Assembly (NCBI GenBank): GCA_951406725.2
Contig: OX597828.1
Coordinates: 69,750,001-69,814,000, forward strand
Direction: 5' to 3'
DNA from: Octopus vulgaris
Lineage: Eukaryota
Length of the DNA stretch: 64,000 nt
The notes below the pieces were generated by a model. The model saw only the letters and a list, made by a program, of their open reading frames with translations, was not told where the DNA came from and ran no database searches. Shown in pieces: positions 36,558 through 50,472 of this stretch. The stretch's first letter is position 1. Each line of letters begins with the position of its first letter. Made by a program: the position numbers and the translations under genes.

Positions 36558-37734
36558 ATATATATAGGCACAGGAGTGTGTGGTTTGTAGCTTGCTTACC
36601 AACTACATGGTTGCAGGTTCAGTCCCACTGCCTTCTATTATAGTCTTGGGACAACCAAAGTCTTGTGAATGGATTTGGTAGATGGAAACTGAAAGAAGCC
36701 TGTTGTATATGTTTGTGTGTCTGTGTTTGTCTCCCCCACCACCATCGCTTGACAACCAATGCTGGTGTGTTTACATCCCTGCAACTGAGTAGTTTGGCAA
36801 AAGAGACCGATAGGATAAGTACTAGGCTTACAAAGAATAAGTCCTGGGATAGATTTGTTTGACTAAAAGGCAGTGCTCCAGCATGGCCACAGTTAAACAA
36901 CTGAAACACAAATAAAAGACTATAAATCAAACATAAGCCATACAGAACATACAATCATAACTCAACAAAATAAGATGCAATCACAATCCAACAAATAACA
37001 TCACACACACACAATGGGCTTCTTTCAGTTTCCATTTGCCAAACCCACTCACAAGGCTTTGTTCAGCCTGGGGATATAGAAGTTACTTGCCCAAAGTGCC
37101 ACACAGGAGGACTGAACTCAAAACTACATGGTTTGCAAAGCAAACTTCTTAACGACAGCCATACCTGTGCCAGAATTAGTATAAAGAAGATTTACCATCC
37201 TGGCTGGGGGTGTGACCCCCACCAAGCCCACACAGAATACACACCCCTGGGTAATAATTTCTACAATAGGAAGAAAGTAAAAAAAAAAAAGAAATGTGTA
37301 GGGGTGGGGACATTTGTTATACTGACATCAGTAATTAATTAGGACTTAATTATTTTATTAACCATGGAAGGAAGAAAGATAAAGTTGATGTCGATGAGAT
37401 CTGAACCCAGAACCTACTGGAAACTGACTAAAAACAGCTAAGCATGTTGCATTGGGTTGTTGAATCTTAGCTCAACTCTATTCCAGTGAATCTTTCAGCA
37501 AGGTTGCCTTACACAATCTGTGTATCAACACTTCAGGTTCCTAAGGCAACATCTGTGACAACATTTGTGTCAATTTTTAACTCTTTCCCATGGGAAAACA
37601 TTGAAGGCGTGGCAATTTGAATGCATGGGTAAGCATGGGTGATTGCTGTCCTTTCATAGCAATAAAATAAAACTCAGAATCCAACATAAGGATTTATAGC
37701 ATTACAAGACATGGAGGTCTGTCTGTCTGTCTGT

Positions 37735-39090
37735 CTACAATGCTTGTGTACAATCAACTGTGCTTCATGAAAGTGAAATGTGGGCTGCAACTGCTGAAGG
37801 CATGTGAATGGTTGAAAGAAATGAAGTCAGCATGCTCTGCCGGACGTGCAATGTCAGTGTGCCGGTGTGACAAAGTGTAAATAATTTGAGAGAAAAACTG
37901 AATATAAGAGGCATTAAATGTAGTGTGTAAAAGAGAAGGCTGTGCTGGTACGGTCATGCAATGCATGTGGGTGAGGACGGCTGCGTAAAGGAGTGCTGAT
38001 CTCTAAATGTGGAAGGAACCTGTGAAAGTGATGTTCAGATGTTGAGCCTCACAGAGGAGATGACACAGGACTAAGATGATTGGGGATTTGCTTAAGAAGA
38101 CCCAGTCAAGTAAGATTGAGACCATCAAGGCATAGTGTTTATGTCCATGTCCCTGCAACAGTCTGATCCTTGGCAAACCTCTCCCCTACAACCAATCTTC
38201 CATGTCCTAAATTTGTGAGCAGTAACAGCCTTGGAGGAATTTGAACTCAGAACGTAAAGACGGACAAAGTGTCACTAAGCATTTTGCCCAGAATGCTAAC
38301 AATTCTGCCAGCTTGCTGCCTCACAGCTCCTTATTATTGACATAATTAGGGGTGGAGGTGGGTGTTGTGAAAGTATCGAAACCAGAGTAAGAATGGGTGG
38401 GGGAAAAGTTCAGGGAACAATTAACTATGCTGGTAATAAAGGGTCTCTTCCCCAGATTGAAGAGAAGTTTGTATGACATTTGTGTAACCGTTACAATATG
38501 GCCGAGTAGCAAGACACAGGCGTTGAATGCAGAGGAATTGCAAAGACTAGAAAGAAAGAAGAAATCAAATGAGAATAATCTGTTGGACAAATGATGCTGA
38601 TTTCAAATTTTGGTACAAGGCCAGCAAAGATAGGGAGGGGGTAAGTCGATTACATTGACACCAGTGTGCAACAGGTACTTATTCTATCAACCCTGAAAGG
38701 ATGAAAGGCAAAGTCGACCTTGATGGAATTTGAACTCAGAACATAAAGCCAATTAAATGCCGCTAAGTATTTTGCCCATTGTGTTAATGATTCTGCCAGC
38801 TTACCCCCATTGCTGGATAAATAATGTTAATGAACAACAGAGCACAACTGGGTTGAGAGAAAAATCGGGTGCAAGAAGAATTAGTTGTAGTAAGAGGGAA
38901 GACTGCATTGGTATGGGTATATGATGGGTAGATACGTGCGGAGGGTAGCAGTTGTATGAAGAAGCGAAGGATACTCAAAGTAGATGGAATCTGCAGAAAG
39001 ACTTGGAGTTATGTGGTGCAGATTGGCCTCAGGGTACTGAATGTCATAAAAGAGATGGCACAATGGCAATGACTGACTGACACGACACAG
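37735..39090 (+). mobile_element. Cluster of old RTE C-terminal fragments interleaved with SINE pieces
   Basis: Segments resembling LINE 35330-35870 (e.g. GGCTGTGCTGGTACGGTCATG). Confidence 0.6.
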
Positions 39091-42000
39091 GGTGCCAGAG
39101 GAGGCACATGCACCCAGGCAAGAATGGAGTAACAAAGGTTGGAATAGTGGAAGTGATGACGGCTGGCAGATATGGGGGTCTACATTTGAATCCCTCATTT
39201 CAGTTATCTGCTGTTCCTCCAGCCTCACCCTAACCTACTCACCTCTCCATCACTTATATTTTCTCCACTGTCTCCATATATAGAGGTCGCACTAAATTTT
39301 CCCTGTCCACTGCAACATTCTGCCTATGTAACCTGGGATGGCAATGAATTTGTCCAAACCACACATCCTCTCTCTCCTATTCACTGTACCAAGCTAACAA
39401 GGGAAGGTATTGGACTTCTCCGGATTATACCTATTTCTTTACTACCCACAAGGGGCTAAACACAGAGAGGACAAACGGATTAAGTCAATTATATCGACCC
39501 CAGTGCGTAACTGGTACTTAATTTATTGACCCCGATAGGATGAAAGGCAAAGTCGACCTCGGCAGAATTTGAACTTAGAACGTAGCAGTAGACGAAATAC
39601 GACGAAGCATTTCGCCCGGCGTGATAACGATTCTGCCAGCTTGCCGCCTTACTCTGGATTATACCACCACCCTTCCCTCCCTACCTCTCTCCCATCATGA
39701 TATTTGAATCACAATATTAGATCAACTTGTATTTGATACACCCTACAACAACCCTTTCTGTTCTGTCAGTCATCACTTCCTCTCTCCCAGGCAACTCATT
39801 ACTAACAATCATCTCATTCTCTTACCCTCATTAACCACTAATACCGCCCCATCATTTAATCCCCCTCTCACACCACTAAACATGTAGCTACCATCACTAC
39901 ATCTCTTCCATCACTCCCTCCCTTACTATCTCTTTTACATGACCCATCCTCTACTACCAGCTAACTCAATTCATTGTTTCTCTCACCATATTCTTCCTTC
40001 CTTTAACCACTCATCCCAATCTTCCTGTTATTTCTCTCTTCTCTATTCACCCACTCAGTTATCCCATTTTGAATAAACAGAGACACCTATAAAGTAGTGA
40101 AGACTCTTTAGTCATGTAGGATACAAGACAACCCCACTGGTGCTGGTGCCACAATAAAACACATCCAGCAGACACTTAAGTGGTTGAACAAGAAGAGGCT
40201 TGCAGGCTTTGTAAACAATATCATTGGTGTTGGATAGTATTGTTTACAATCAGACATGGCTGGCCATTAGAAAGACTAGAAGCAACAGTATTTTACTTGG
40301 AAACTTATGAGGATTGGTGACAGGAAGGACATCCAGCTGCAGAAAATCTTGCCTCAATAGGTCTTGTTGGATCCTTGCTATCATGAAAAAGTGGATATTA
40401 AAAATTTATAATGACGATATACATACATCATTTGTAAAGTTTTACATCCATTTCTTTATGCTAGCATGAGTTACAAGTTGCCTTACTGGCACCTGTGCTG
40501 GTGGCATGTGTACAAAGATTTGAGCGAGGTCATTGCCAGTACTGCCTGGCTAGCCCTTGTGCCGGTGGCATGTAAAAAGCACCCACTACACTCTCAGAGT
40601 GGTTGGCGTTAGGAAGGGCATCCAGCTGTAGAAACTCTGCCAAATCAAGATTGGAGCCTGGTGCAGCCATCTGGTTCGCCAGCCCTCAGTCAAAATCGGC
40701 CAACCCATGCTAGCATGGAAAGCGGACATTAAACGATGATGATGATGAGTAGGATGAATATATTATTTAGGTGTTGTTTTGCTGCCAGGTGCTCTTCCTG
40801 TCACTAACTCTTACATGCTTTTCAAATAAGGGATCTCTTACTTCACAAGTCTTCATAGACACAAAACTAGCAGATAACTCACCAACAAAGTCATCTGCTG
40901 GTTTTTCCCCCTTTGAAGATGTCACTGAGTGACTTTTAGAGGAACACAAATATAAACAAACGATGATGACATCGATAAATATACACCCATGTATTTCTCT
41001 ACACTGTAGCTTATATACACCAGCATGTTCGTATAATGGCATGGTTCTGAGTTCAGTCCCACTGTGTGGTACCTTGGGCAAGTGTCCTCTACTATAGACA
41101 CAGGCCAGCCAAAGGCTTGTGGATGGATTTGGTAGACGGAAACAGGAAGAAGCCCTTTGTGTGTGTGTCTCTTTGTTTGCCTCTCACTACTACTTGGCAA
41201 CTGGTGTTGATGCGTTTATGTCGCTCATAACTTAGGGGTTCAACAAAAGAGATCAATACAATAAGTACCAGGGTTGATTTATTCAACTAAAAATTCTTCA
41301 AGATAGTGCTCCAGTGGGGCCACAGTCTCATGGCTGACATAAAAGATGAGATACATATATAATGGCCAGCACATTTGAATAGATAGTAATTTAACTACTA
41401 TTCCTACCATGACCTTCCCTACTTTAGTGTAGGACATTTTTTTAATGGCTTACTCAGAGGAAGAAAGACAGCTCCTTGATTCTTTTTGGGGTCTTTGTGA
41501 CGCTTGTGGAAGATGTTATCCTCATACCAGGGACCTGGCCTTAGAGTTAGAAACAGTGAACTCTGCTGAAGGCAAATATAAGGCATGAGGTGATGGTGTT
41601 AAGGACAGATTACCATCAAATACTGGAACAGCAACAGATAGGCTTCCATACAGTTTCCATCAACCAAGTGTTACTCAAGACACTTTGGTCGATCTTAAGC
41701 TTGCCCAAGATGAGGTTTAGCACGATTGAACCTGAAACCACGTAGTTACAAACCAAATTCTTTACCACATAACCATGCCAGTTGTTACATAGAATCATAA
41801 CAGTGAAGTCTCTCTTCCAGAGACAGTAGCAAGTTCACAAAAGGGTACCCAGGTGCGTGTCTGTCCCCAACCGGTACTGGTGTGTCTACATCCCCGGAAC
41901 TTAGCCGTTCGGCAAGAGGATACGACGAAATAAGTACGAGGATTCGATTCATTCGACTAAAAAAATATTCAAGATGGTGCCCCAGCATGGCCGCAGTCAA

Positions 42001-43025
42001 ATGATTGTAACAAGTAAAAGATAAATGATAATAAACACGGTGAGCTATATTGTGGTGAAATAATTGCCCTCTCTAGGGAACGAACCAGAGAACAGCGCAA
42101 CTACTTTTCATTGGTTCTTGCCTCTTTATGTTGGACTTGTTCACTTGTTATTCAAGGACTTCAGTTTTTGTATTTCTGAATAGAAAGTGGGTTTCATTTT
42201 GCAGCATATTGTTGTAAATGGAGGCACAGTTCACTAAGTTAGTTGGTCAGGATGTATACTTTAGAAAAGTCGATAGAAATTGTTGTCAGTATCTAAGGAA
42301 GTTATTAATAATATATAAAACTGAATGAAGGTTTACAGTCGGTAGTTTGTGGAGATGTAGTTTTAGTCACGACTATCGAGAAATGTGATATAAAATACTT
42401 TTTGTAAGTCGGTTGTATGTGCAACTAAAAATTATGTAGATAGCAGCAAATGCAAAGATAGCTAGATATGCAGGTGAGACGATAAGGTGTTTTAAAATAA
42501 AGAAGTTGTACGTTTTTGAATGAAGCAGTAAAATCGAACGAAACTGGAAATGGCTTGTATTGGCAAATAAATTTAAAAAAAAAAACAGTTCAGAGTGAAA
42601 TAATTTTAAGCTGTGAGGAATCCTCACGACTCAATATTTATTCTGTGAATTAAAAGCTTTTGTTATACATGTTAACACACGTATATATATATGTGTGTGT
42701 GTGTGCGTGAGAGAGAGAGAGAGAGATTGACCCATTGAGTTTCTGCGCAGTAGAAATAGAAAATACTGACAGAAAATAACATTGACTGTCAACATAAAAG
42801 AACTGAAACTAAACTCAGAAATACAAATAACCGTTAAAATAATGCTAACGGTTATTTATAAGTATATATAAGAGTATGTTTGTAGGTATCTACGTGTACG
42901 TATATGAACACACCGATTTCCCCGCCATAACAACGGTTTACCCGCGGTTTTTCTTTTTTTTTTGTGACCGGGTTGTCGATAAACAAAAAGAGAAAGTCTG
43001 TCTAAACTGTAAATTATCAAATTAC

Positions 43026-43125
43026 CTGACCAACCAAACTGTTTAATATGGTTATGTGAACTGATGTAAGTCGAATGGGGAGTTAACAGTTGTAGCTGCT
43101 CTATCTTCGCTAGGATTTCCTTCAT
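43026..43125 (-). CDS. CHD1L: CHD1L coding exon 1 (MKEILAKIEQ...IKQFGWS, phase 1)
   Basis: ATG at 43125 in a CpG-enriched zone. 100 nt ending TCAG|GTAAT. IKQFGWS resembles the QWGLT segment preceding the CHD1L ATPase, and phase 1 matches exon 2. Confidence 0.75.
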
Positions 43126-43300
43126 TATTCATCACAACAACAACACAGAACCACCCGTAAGTTAGAGCAGGACACGGTGTAACAGGAAGCTTTTATCCTC
43201 TCAAATAATCGCCCCAGATAAAAACAGGTGCCTTAAATCTCGATCTGGTAGAAAAAGCGGTCAAATCTTTCTCAAACTTATTATTGATGGATATGGATTC
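43126..43300 (-). promoter_or_regulatory. Probable CHD1L 5'UTR/core promoter region
   Basis: Repeat-free, locally CpG-enriched sequence just upstream of the ATG, with an ETS-like CAGGAAG near 43183. TSS not determinable. Confidence 0.4.
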
Positions 43301-43994
43301 ATGCCATAACGTTTTGAGCTACATATCTTTACAAAAAAGACAGGACAGTCACGACTGGAATGCCTGTGATTGTAGGTTTTGCCAATCAGTTTTGACCAGT
43401 AACCACAAATTCAATGAGGGCAGCTCTGACGTGCTCACTTGGTCTGCTAGAAATAGCTGTCAAATCTCCATCAAATTTCATTCTGCCGTCTTAAAAGTAG
43501 AAGGACACAAATGGAAAATGTATTCTTAGAAACCTTTAAAAAGACGAGATGATCGTGGATGGATTGCCTTTGATGATGGTTGTGCTAAATAAGGATTCAA
43601 TCGTGGTTTTAATAGCAACTTCTGTTTTACCTATGTTGTTTCAAGTCCCACACGTTGAGGAAACGTATGGTCACGGGCTAACTGCGGCCCGGCTGATAAC
43701 GAACCATATCTCTTGCGGCCTGCTTCTCAAAAACAAATTACCCATGACTGGCAAGGTTGAGTGAATGTACTCAATGGTTCATTTTTATTGACCCCGAAAG
43801 GAAATGGCCACTAGTACAGACGAAATATTTCCAGCTGTTTCGTCCAACGAGCCAAAGGTCCTGCCTATCAGCTTAACAGAACCATTGGAAACAAAACGAA
43901 ATATAGCTTTACATATTTTTTTACGTGTTTCAATCCTAAGGCTGTGGCCATACTGGAGCAAGCGTATTTTGTATTTCTAATATTATAGTTAGCA

Positions 43995-44450
43995 ATATTA
44001 AGTAGGATAGCTACCCCTAGGGTAGGTACTACTGATAATGAGGACAGATACCCTTAATAATTTGGAGAGGTACCAGTGAGAACCAGGATACGTACCTTTA
44101 GTAAGTAGGATAACTCAAATTACTAGGAGCAGTACCATTACTTTTAATAACTAGGTTAGGTACCTCAAATAACTCTGAGAGGTACCTCCACTAATTCTGG
44201 TATGTACCTTTAATAACTAGTATAAGTACTTCTATTTATTAGGATAGGTTCCTGCAATAACAACGATAGGTACCCCAAGTATCTAGGATAAGTAACTCAA
44301 ATGACTAGGGGAGGTACCTCTACTTCTAATAAGTAAGGTAGGTACATCTAATAACAAGGATAGGTTTCAATGAGAACTAAGATAGGTACCTCTAATAACT
44401 TGCAGAGGTGCTGCTGATATGTAAGGTAGGTATCTCTAATAAGTAGGGTT
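43995..44450. repeat. Highly eroded ~21-bp tandem array (AGGATAGGTACCTCTAATAACT-like)
   Basis: Recurrent AGGTACC/TAATAA words about 0.9-1.3 kb upstream of the CHD1L ATG. Confidence 0.65.
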
Positions 44451-45449
44451 TGTCCTGGAAACAACTATTATAGGCCCCAGCGTCAGAGCGGGTACTGGTA
44501 CCCAGGCTGTTATCACTTGATCTCCAACCATTTTCCTCTCACTTCACATTGTTTTGTCTTAAAGATTTGGAAAAAACACGTAAGATAATCTAGAACAATA
44601 CACACATTATATCTGTTTCTTTATTGCCCACAAGGGGCTAAACACAGAGGGGACAAACAAGGACAGACACACGGATTAAGTCGATTACATCGACCCCAGT
44701 TCTTAATATATCTACCCCGAAAGGATAAAAGGCAAAGTCGACCTTGGCGCAATTTGAACTCAGAACGTAAAGACAGACGAAATACGGCTACGCATTTTCG
44801 CCCGGCATGCTAACGGTTCTGCCAGCTCGCATCCACTGGCTCAGGAATGAAATTTGCTAAGGGGTGCAAAACGAGGTCCAGAATTTTCGTACAAATAAAG
44901 GTCTTATTGTTATTTTATTTATTTTTGTTCTTTGAGAGGAAACCTAACTTGAAGCTACTTTTTACAAATCCCTTCTAATGCAATGTTTTCTAAACCTGAG
45001 AAAATTAAGTAGGGGGTGCGAATTTTGATTTTGCACCCACCAAAAATTTTAGGTGTGCTTGCACCCCCTGCATCCCCTGTTACTGGGACCCTGATTAGAT
45101 CTGGATAAAAGAGTTGTAGTCATGGCTAGAACGTCTTTAATTGAAGGTTCTTTAGCTTAAGTTTGGCCTGGGGTTAAACAAGACAAGAACAGATTGATAA
45201 CCTGGTCTTGGACAATGTCTCTCTGAATAAAAAGTTAGGGACGGTCACTACTGGAACGTCTTTGATCTTGGTACTAAACAACACCACCAATGGTGTTTTG
45301 GTGTAAGTGACAGTAACCTCACCCCCGCCCCCTCACCCCCTCCCACTGACAATGAATTAAAAGTTTTTTTCGTCAACATAAAAGATTGTTATTGATTATT
45401 TGATTAGAGTTACAGCTGTTGACATAGGTCAAGGTCACAGCACCTGTTA

Positions 45450-45548
45450 GTGGTGGTGGTGGTGGTGGTTTCAGTAGGAGTGGTAGTGCTAATGGTGGTA
45501 GTGGTCGTGGTGTGTTGGCTGTGATGATGGTGGTGGTAGTAGTGTAGT

Positions 45549-45584
<36 letters not shown>

Positions 45585-45916
45585 CGATGATGGTAAGGGT
45601 TGTATGTGGTGGGTGACAAGAATAATATTTATGGTTGTGGTGGTGGTGGTGCGGGAGTGGCGGTAGTGGTGATGTGGGGAATAAGAGTGGTGGTGGTGTG
45701 GTAGTGGTGATGGTGATGCAGGAGTGGGAGTGGTGGTGTTGGCGGCGTGGGAGTGTTTGTGGCATTGGTGTTGGAGTGGAAGTGGTGACGGTGCAGGTGG
45801 TGTGGAAGTGGTGGTGGTGGTGGTGTAGGAGTGGTGGTGTAGGAGTGGTGGTGTAGGAGTGGTGGTGGTGGTGTGGGAGTGGTGATGGTGGTGTGGGAGT
45901 GGTGGTGGTGGTGGTG
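45450..45916. repeat. (GGT)/(GAT)-rich low-complexity tract
   Basis: Direct reading. Confidence 0.9.
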
Positions 45917-46515
45917 AACTTCCAAGTTGATTTGGAGGAATGGTGAAAGGAAACTGCAAGAATCTGGTGACGGAGGGGGAGCAGGAGGAGTGACAGTTGT
46001 ATTGATGGAGAGAGGGGGGACGAATGAATGAACATAGGTGGGAGGAGGAGGAATAAATATATTTCACCTTTTACTTGTTTCAGTCATTATTGGACTGTGG
46101 CCATGCTGGAGCAGTACCTTTAAGGGTTTAAGTTGAATAACTCAACATCAGGACTCGTTCTTCAAGCCTGGTACTTATTCTATTACTCCCTGTTAAGTTA
46201 CAGGGACATAAACAAACCATCACTAGTTATCATGCAATACTGGTGGCAGTGGTGGGGGTGGGGCAAACAGATACAAACACACACACACACATCTTTTATT
46301 CTTTTATTTGTTTCAGTCATTTGACTGTGGCCATGCTGGGGCACCGCCTTTAGTCAAACAAATTTACACCAGGACTTATTCTTTGTAAGCCTAGTACTTA
46401 TTCTATTGGTTTCTTTTGCCAGACTGCTAAGTTACAGGGATGTAAACACACCAACATCAGTTATCAAGTGCTGTTGGGGGGACAAACACAGACACACAAG
46501 CATATATACACACAT

Positions 46516-46553
<38 letters not shown>

Positions 46554-47524
46554 ACACACGCACACACACACACATATACGATAGGCTTCTTTCAGTTTCC
46601 ATCTACCAAATCCACTCACAAGGCTTTGGTGGGCCCGAGGCTCTAGTAGAAGACACTTTCCCTAGGTGCCATGCAGTGGGACTGAACCCAGAATCATGTG
46701 GTTGGTAAGCAAGCTACTTACAACACAGCCACTCCTGTGCCTATGTACATACATTATGCATGACAGGCTTCTTCCAGTTTCCGCATCCCAAATTCCCCCA
46801 TGAGGCTTTGGTTGGCCAAGGGATAAAGCACAAGGCATTTGCCCATGGTGTCATACTGTGGGATTGAACCCAGGGTGGCATGATTGGAAGCAAGCCTTTT
46901 AACCACACAACCAAGCCTGTGCATGAGTATAAGGAGAAGGAGGAGGAGGAGTAGCAACTGGAGGGAAGAGGCAGGACTAGTGTTAGAGTGGAGTGTAGGC
47001 AGTGAGTGGGAGGAAGAGTGATGACTGTATGAGTGTAAGTAGACAGGGAGGAAGAAGTGTAAGTCGTGTTAGAGTGTAGGTAGAGGTGGTCACCAAATGG
47101 AGAGGAGAAAGCAGAGCCAAACAGACGAGAGATGTTTGTGTTGTTGGGGAATAAGTTTGGCAGTTGCAGTGCAGGAATCTCAGAAAGGGATCCATATTCT
47201 TAAAGCATTACATAAGTGCAAAGGGAACGGAAGACCCGCAGCTAAAAGTTGTCAATGTAATTAATTTAAAAGTAGGTCGACAGATTTTGTGCTGAATCAA
47301 GACTATTTCAATCAATTGATTTCCAAAAAAAACACTTTCCTCTCAACATATTTTGGCTTCAAACTTTTTGCTGATGAATCTGAAATGGCAACTTGGCATT
47401 CGTTTTCTGTTTTTGTGTGTGTGTGTGTGTGTGTTTTATATAAACTGTTCTCTGAAATAAGGAGTTTTTTCTTCAATGACATGTCCAGTTTGAAAGTTTG
47501 TGTCCCCTTGATGAAATATAAAGC

Positions 47525-47880
47525 CCTCCTCCTCCTCCTCCTCCTCTTCTTCTTCTCCTTCTTTTTGTTCTTCTTCCTCCCCTTCCTCCTCCTCCTCTTC
47601 TTCTTCTTCTACTTCCTCCTCCTTCTTCTTCTTCTTCCTCATTTTCCTCTTCCTCCTCCTCTTCTTCTTTTTCTTCTTCTTCTTCCTCATCTTCCTCTTC
47701 CTCCTCCTCTTCTTCTTTCTCATCTTCCCCTTCCTCCTCCCCTTCTTCTTCTTCTTCTTTTCTTTTACTTCCTGTTCCTCTTCTTCCTGCTCCTCCACTT
47801 CCTGCTCTTCCCCCTCCTCCACTTCCTGCTCTTCCACCTCCTCTTCCTGCACTTCTTCTTCCTCCTCCTCCTCTTCCTTG
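47525..47880. repeat. Polypyrimidine (CCT/CTT)n tract
   Basis: Direct reading. Confidence 0.9.
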
Positions 47881-48782
47881 TCTTCAAATTGTTTTTATTT
47901 TGTAGCTTTGAGATTTTGATGATGTGATTGTAAATCTTTAGAATGACATTGTAGGATAGGTGTGAGAGGCAGGATCTGATCAGTTTGAACATAAAACAGG
48001 TAGAATATTTGGGCCAGGCATGGCCAGATTAAATGCTGAGAGGTGAAGGAAGCAGAAACAAGCCCTGCTTGCTGGGCTTGCAAAGTACTTAGTACAGAGT
48101 ACTCTACAGTACTCTCTCCTTTGCCCATCATGTGGTAATTTCTCCTGGTCTAAACCCCTAAATGTCCCCAATTTCTAGCCTGGGGAAATATTCTTACCTT
48201 TCCAATTAAGCTTATTACCGGAAGTGAAAGACTTAATTTGGGGAATAGATTTAATCCAGTACCCAAGGACCAATTGATCTTGTTAAACCGGGCAGATACC
48301 TTAAGTCCACCATCCTTCACTGACTGTGGTGGGTGGAATCAGTTCAGTTTTTGTTTGAAAGCAACCCAGGGTTGGTCTGATATTCTCTACATTGAGGGCA
48401 TCAAGATCTTCCTTAATTTCTTTTTAGAGGTCTTGACAGTCATGAAAATGATAACTGGCTTTGCCCTTCCCCACTGTCACTAATCTATAAGACCCAAACC
48501 CCTAATCCAAGTGGTTGTAATTGTTTAGCCCTTGGTCAGCCTTGATCCAGCAGACTTATTATGATCGAACACATTCTGGCCATGACAATTTCCATTTTTG
48601 AAGAGATGACTCACCTAACATTATCTAACGTCCTTCATTTAATTAAGGCCATTGAGTATAATGTGAAGGAGACTTGCTCTCTATTTCCAGCAGGTGAAGC
48701 AACCACATAAAGATTCCCTCATCAGTTCAGGTCATTCCATTATCACAAATGAGAATGAGGGATCTGTTGTTTTAGCACCGTG

Positions 48783-49765
48783 AAAGTGCTTGGCCTAGTG
48801 GTTAGGGCATTCAGCTCATTATCATGAGGTTGTGAGTTCAAATCCCAGGTGACATGTTGTGTCCTTGAGCAAGACACTTTATTTCACATTCCTCTAGTCC
48901 ACTCAGCTGGCAAAAATGTACCTGTAATTCAAAAGGGCCAGTCTTGTCACATTCTGTGTCACTCTGAATCTCCCTGAGAACTATGCTAAGGGTACATGTG
49001 TCTGTGGGCGAGCTGGCAGAAACGTTAGCACGCCGGGTGAAATGCGTAGCCATATTTTGTCTACCTCTACGTTCTGAGTTCAAATTCCGCTAAGGTCGAC
49101 TTTGCCTTTCATCCTTTTAGGATTGATAAATTAAGTACCAGTTACGTACTGGAGTCAATATATATTTCTTTACTGCCCACAAGGGGCTAAACATAGAGGG
49201 GACAAACAAGGACAGACAGACGGATTAAGTCGATTACATCGATCCCAGTGCGTAACTGGTACTTATTTAATCGACCCCGAAAGGATGAAAGGCAAAGTCG
49301 ACCATGGCGGAATTTGAACTCAGAACATAACGGCAGACGAAATACCACTAAGCATTTCGCCTGGCGCGCTAACATTTCTGCCAGCTCGCCGCCTTAATAT
49401 ACTGGGGTCAATATAATCAACTTAATCCCTTTGTCTGTCCTTGTTTGTCCTCTCTGTGTTTAGCCCCTTGTGGGTAGGAAAGGAATAGGTATTTCGTCTG
49501 CCGCTACGTTCTGAGTTCAAATTCTGCTGAGGTCGACTTTGCCTTTCATCCTTTCGGGGTCGATAAAATAAGTACCAGTTACGAACTGGGGTCGATGTAA
49601 TAGACTTAGTCCGTTTGTCTGTCCTTGTTTGTCCTCTCTGTGTTTAGCCTCTTGTGGGTAGCAAAGAAATAGGTACATGTGTCTGTGGAGCACTCAACCA
49701 CTTGCATAGGCTGTTCCAATGATCAAATCAACTGGAACCCTTGTTGTCATAAGCGACAGAGAGCC
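48783..49765 (+). mobile_element. SINE family D carrying nested family-B SINEs (another D copy at about 56200-56440, minus)
   Basis: tRNA-like head TGGCCTAGTGGTTAGG...GAGTTCAAATCCC, then GTCCTTGAGCAAGACACTT. TSDs at 48991-49007/49672-49688 and 49147-49162/49400-49415. Confidence 0.85.
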
Positions 49766-50405
49766 AGGGGGATTTTATAACCAATGAGGGAGCTGTGATT
49801 TTATAACCAATACCAGTGGTAACTGATTAGATTCGGAGGGTAAGTTACAAGCTGGCTTTCAGTAATTCAAGATCATGACACAATTTTAGTTCCTATTTGG
49901 AAAGGCATGCATGCCACAACTTCCCGTTTACCCAACCCTGAAATTAGGAATATTTTGTATTTAGACAAGGAATGATGGCTAATGGTGAGTACCACAGAGT
50001 TCTTGGTTATTTACTAAGCAAGCAGAGGTAGCAGCTTTGGGTTCAGCCTCAGTCTACATCATTTACATCACAAGTGTCTTTGAGAAAGGCATGAACACCA
50101 CTCATTCCCATTTCTATCTCAGTCTTTAAATAATATAGGATCTCATGCGTCACCAAAGGAAACACCAACTCTGATGGTTGCTCTTGAGATAGATTTTAAT
50201 CAGATTTATGGCTGGAGGTGGGCTTGAACCAGAAAGAATTGAGTATCCTGACCAAGGATGGGTGCATAACAATGCTAATGACTGGGTTTGAAACCTCTAA
50301 CCTTCTACTTATAGCCTAACATGGTATTATTGACTTATTAACAAAAGAAATGACAAGGCATAGTTTTTGCATAAATAAGAATAGGGCAACATATACAATG
50401 CTTAC

Positions 50406-50472
<67 letters not shown>

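Noticed and set aside
47372-47395. CTGATGA-atct-GAAA as a hammerhead
   Set aside because: No stem II, stem III or stem I pairing.
45373-47927. His/Thr/Pro-rich and Glu/Lys-rich ORFs
   Set aside because: Trinucleotide low-complexity tracts with no domain or splice support.
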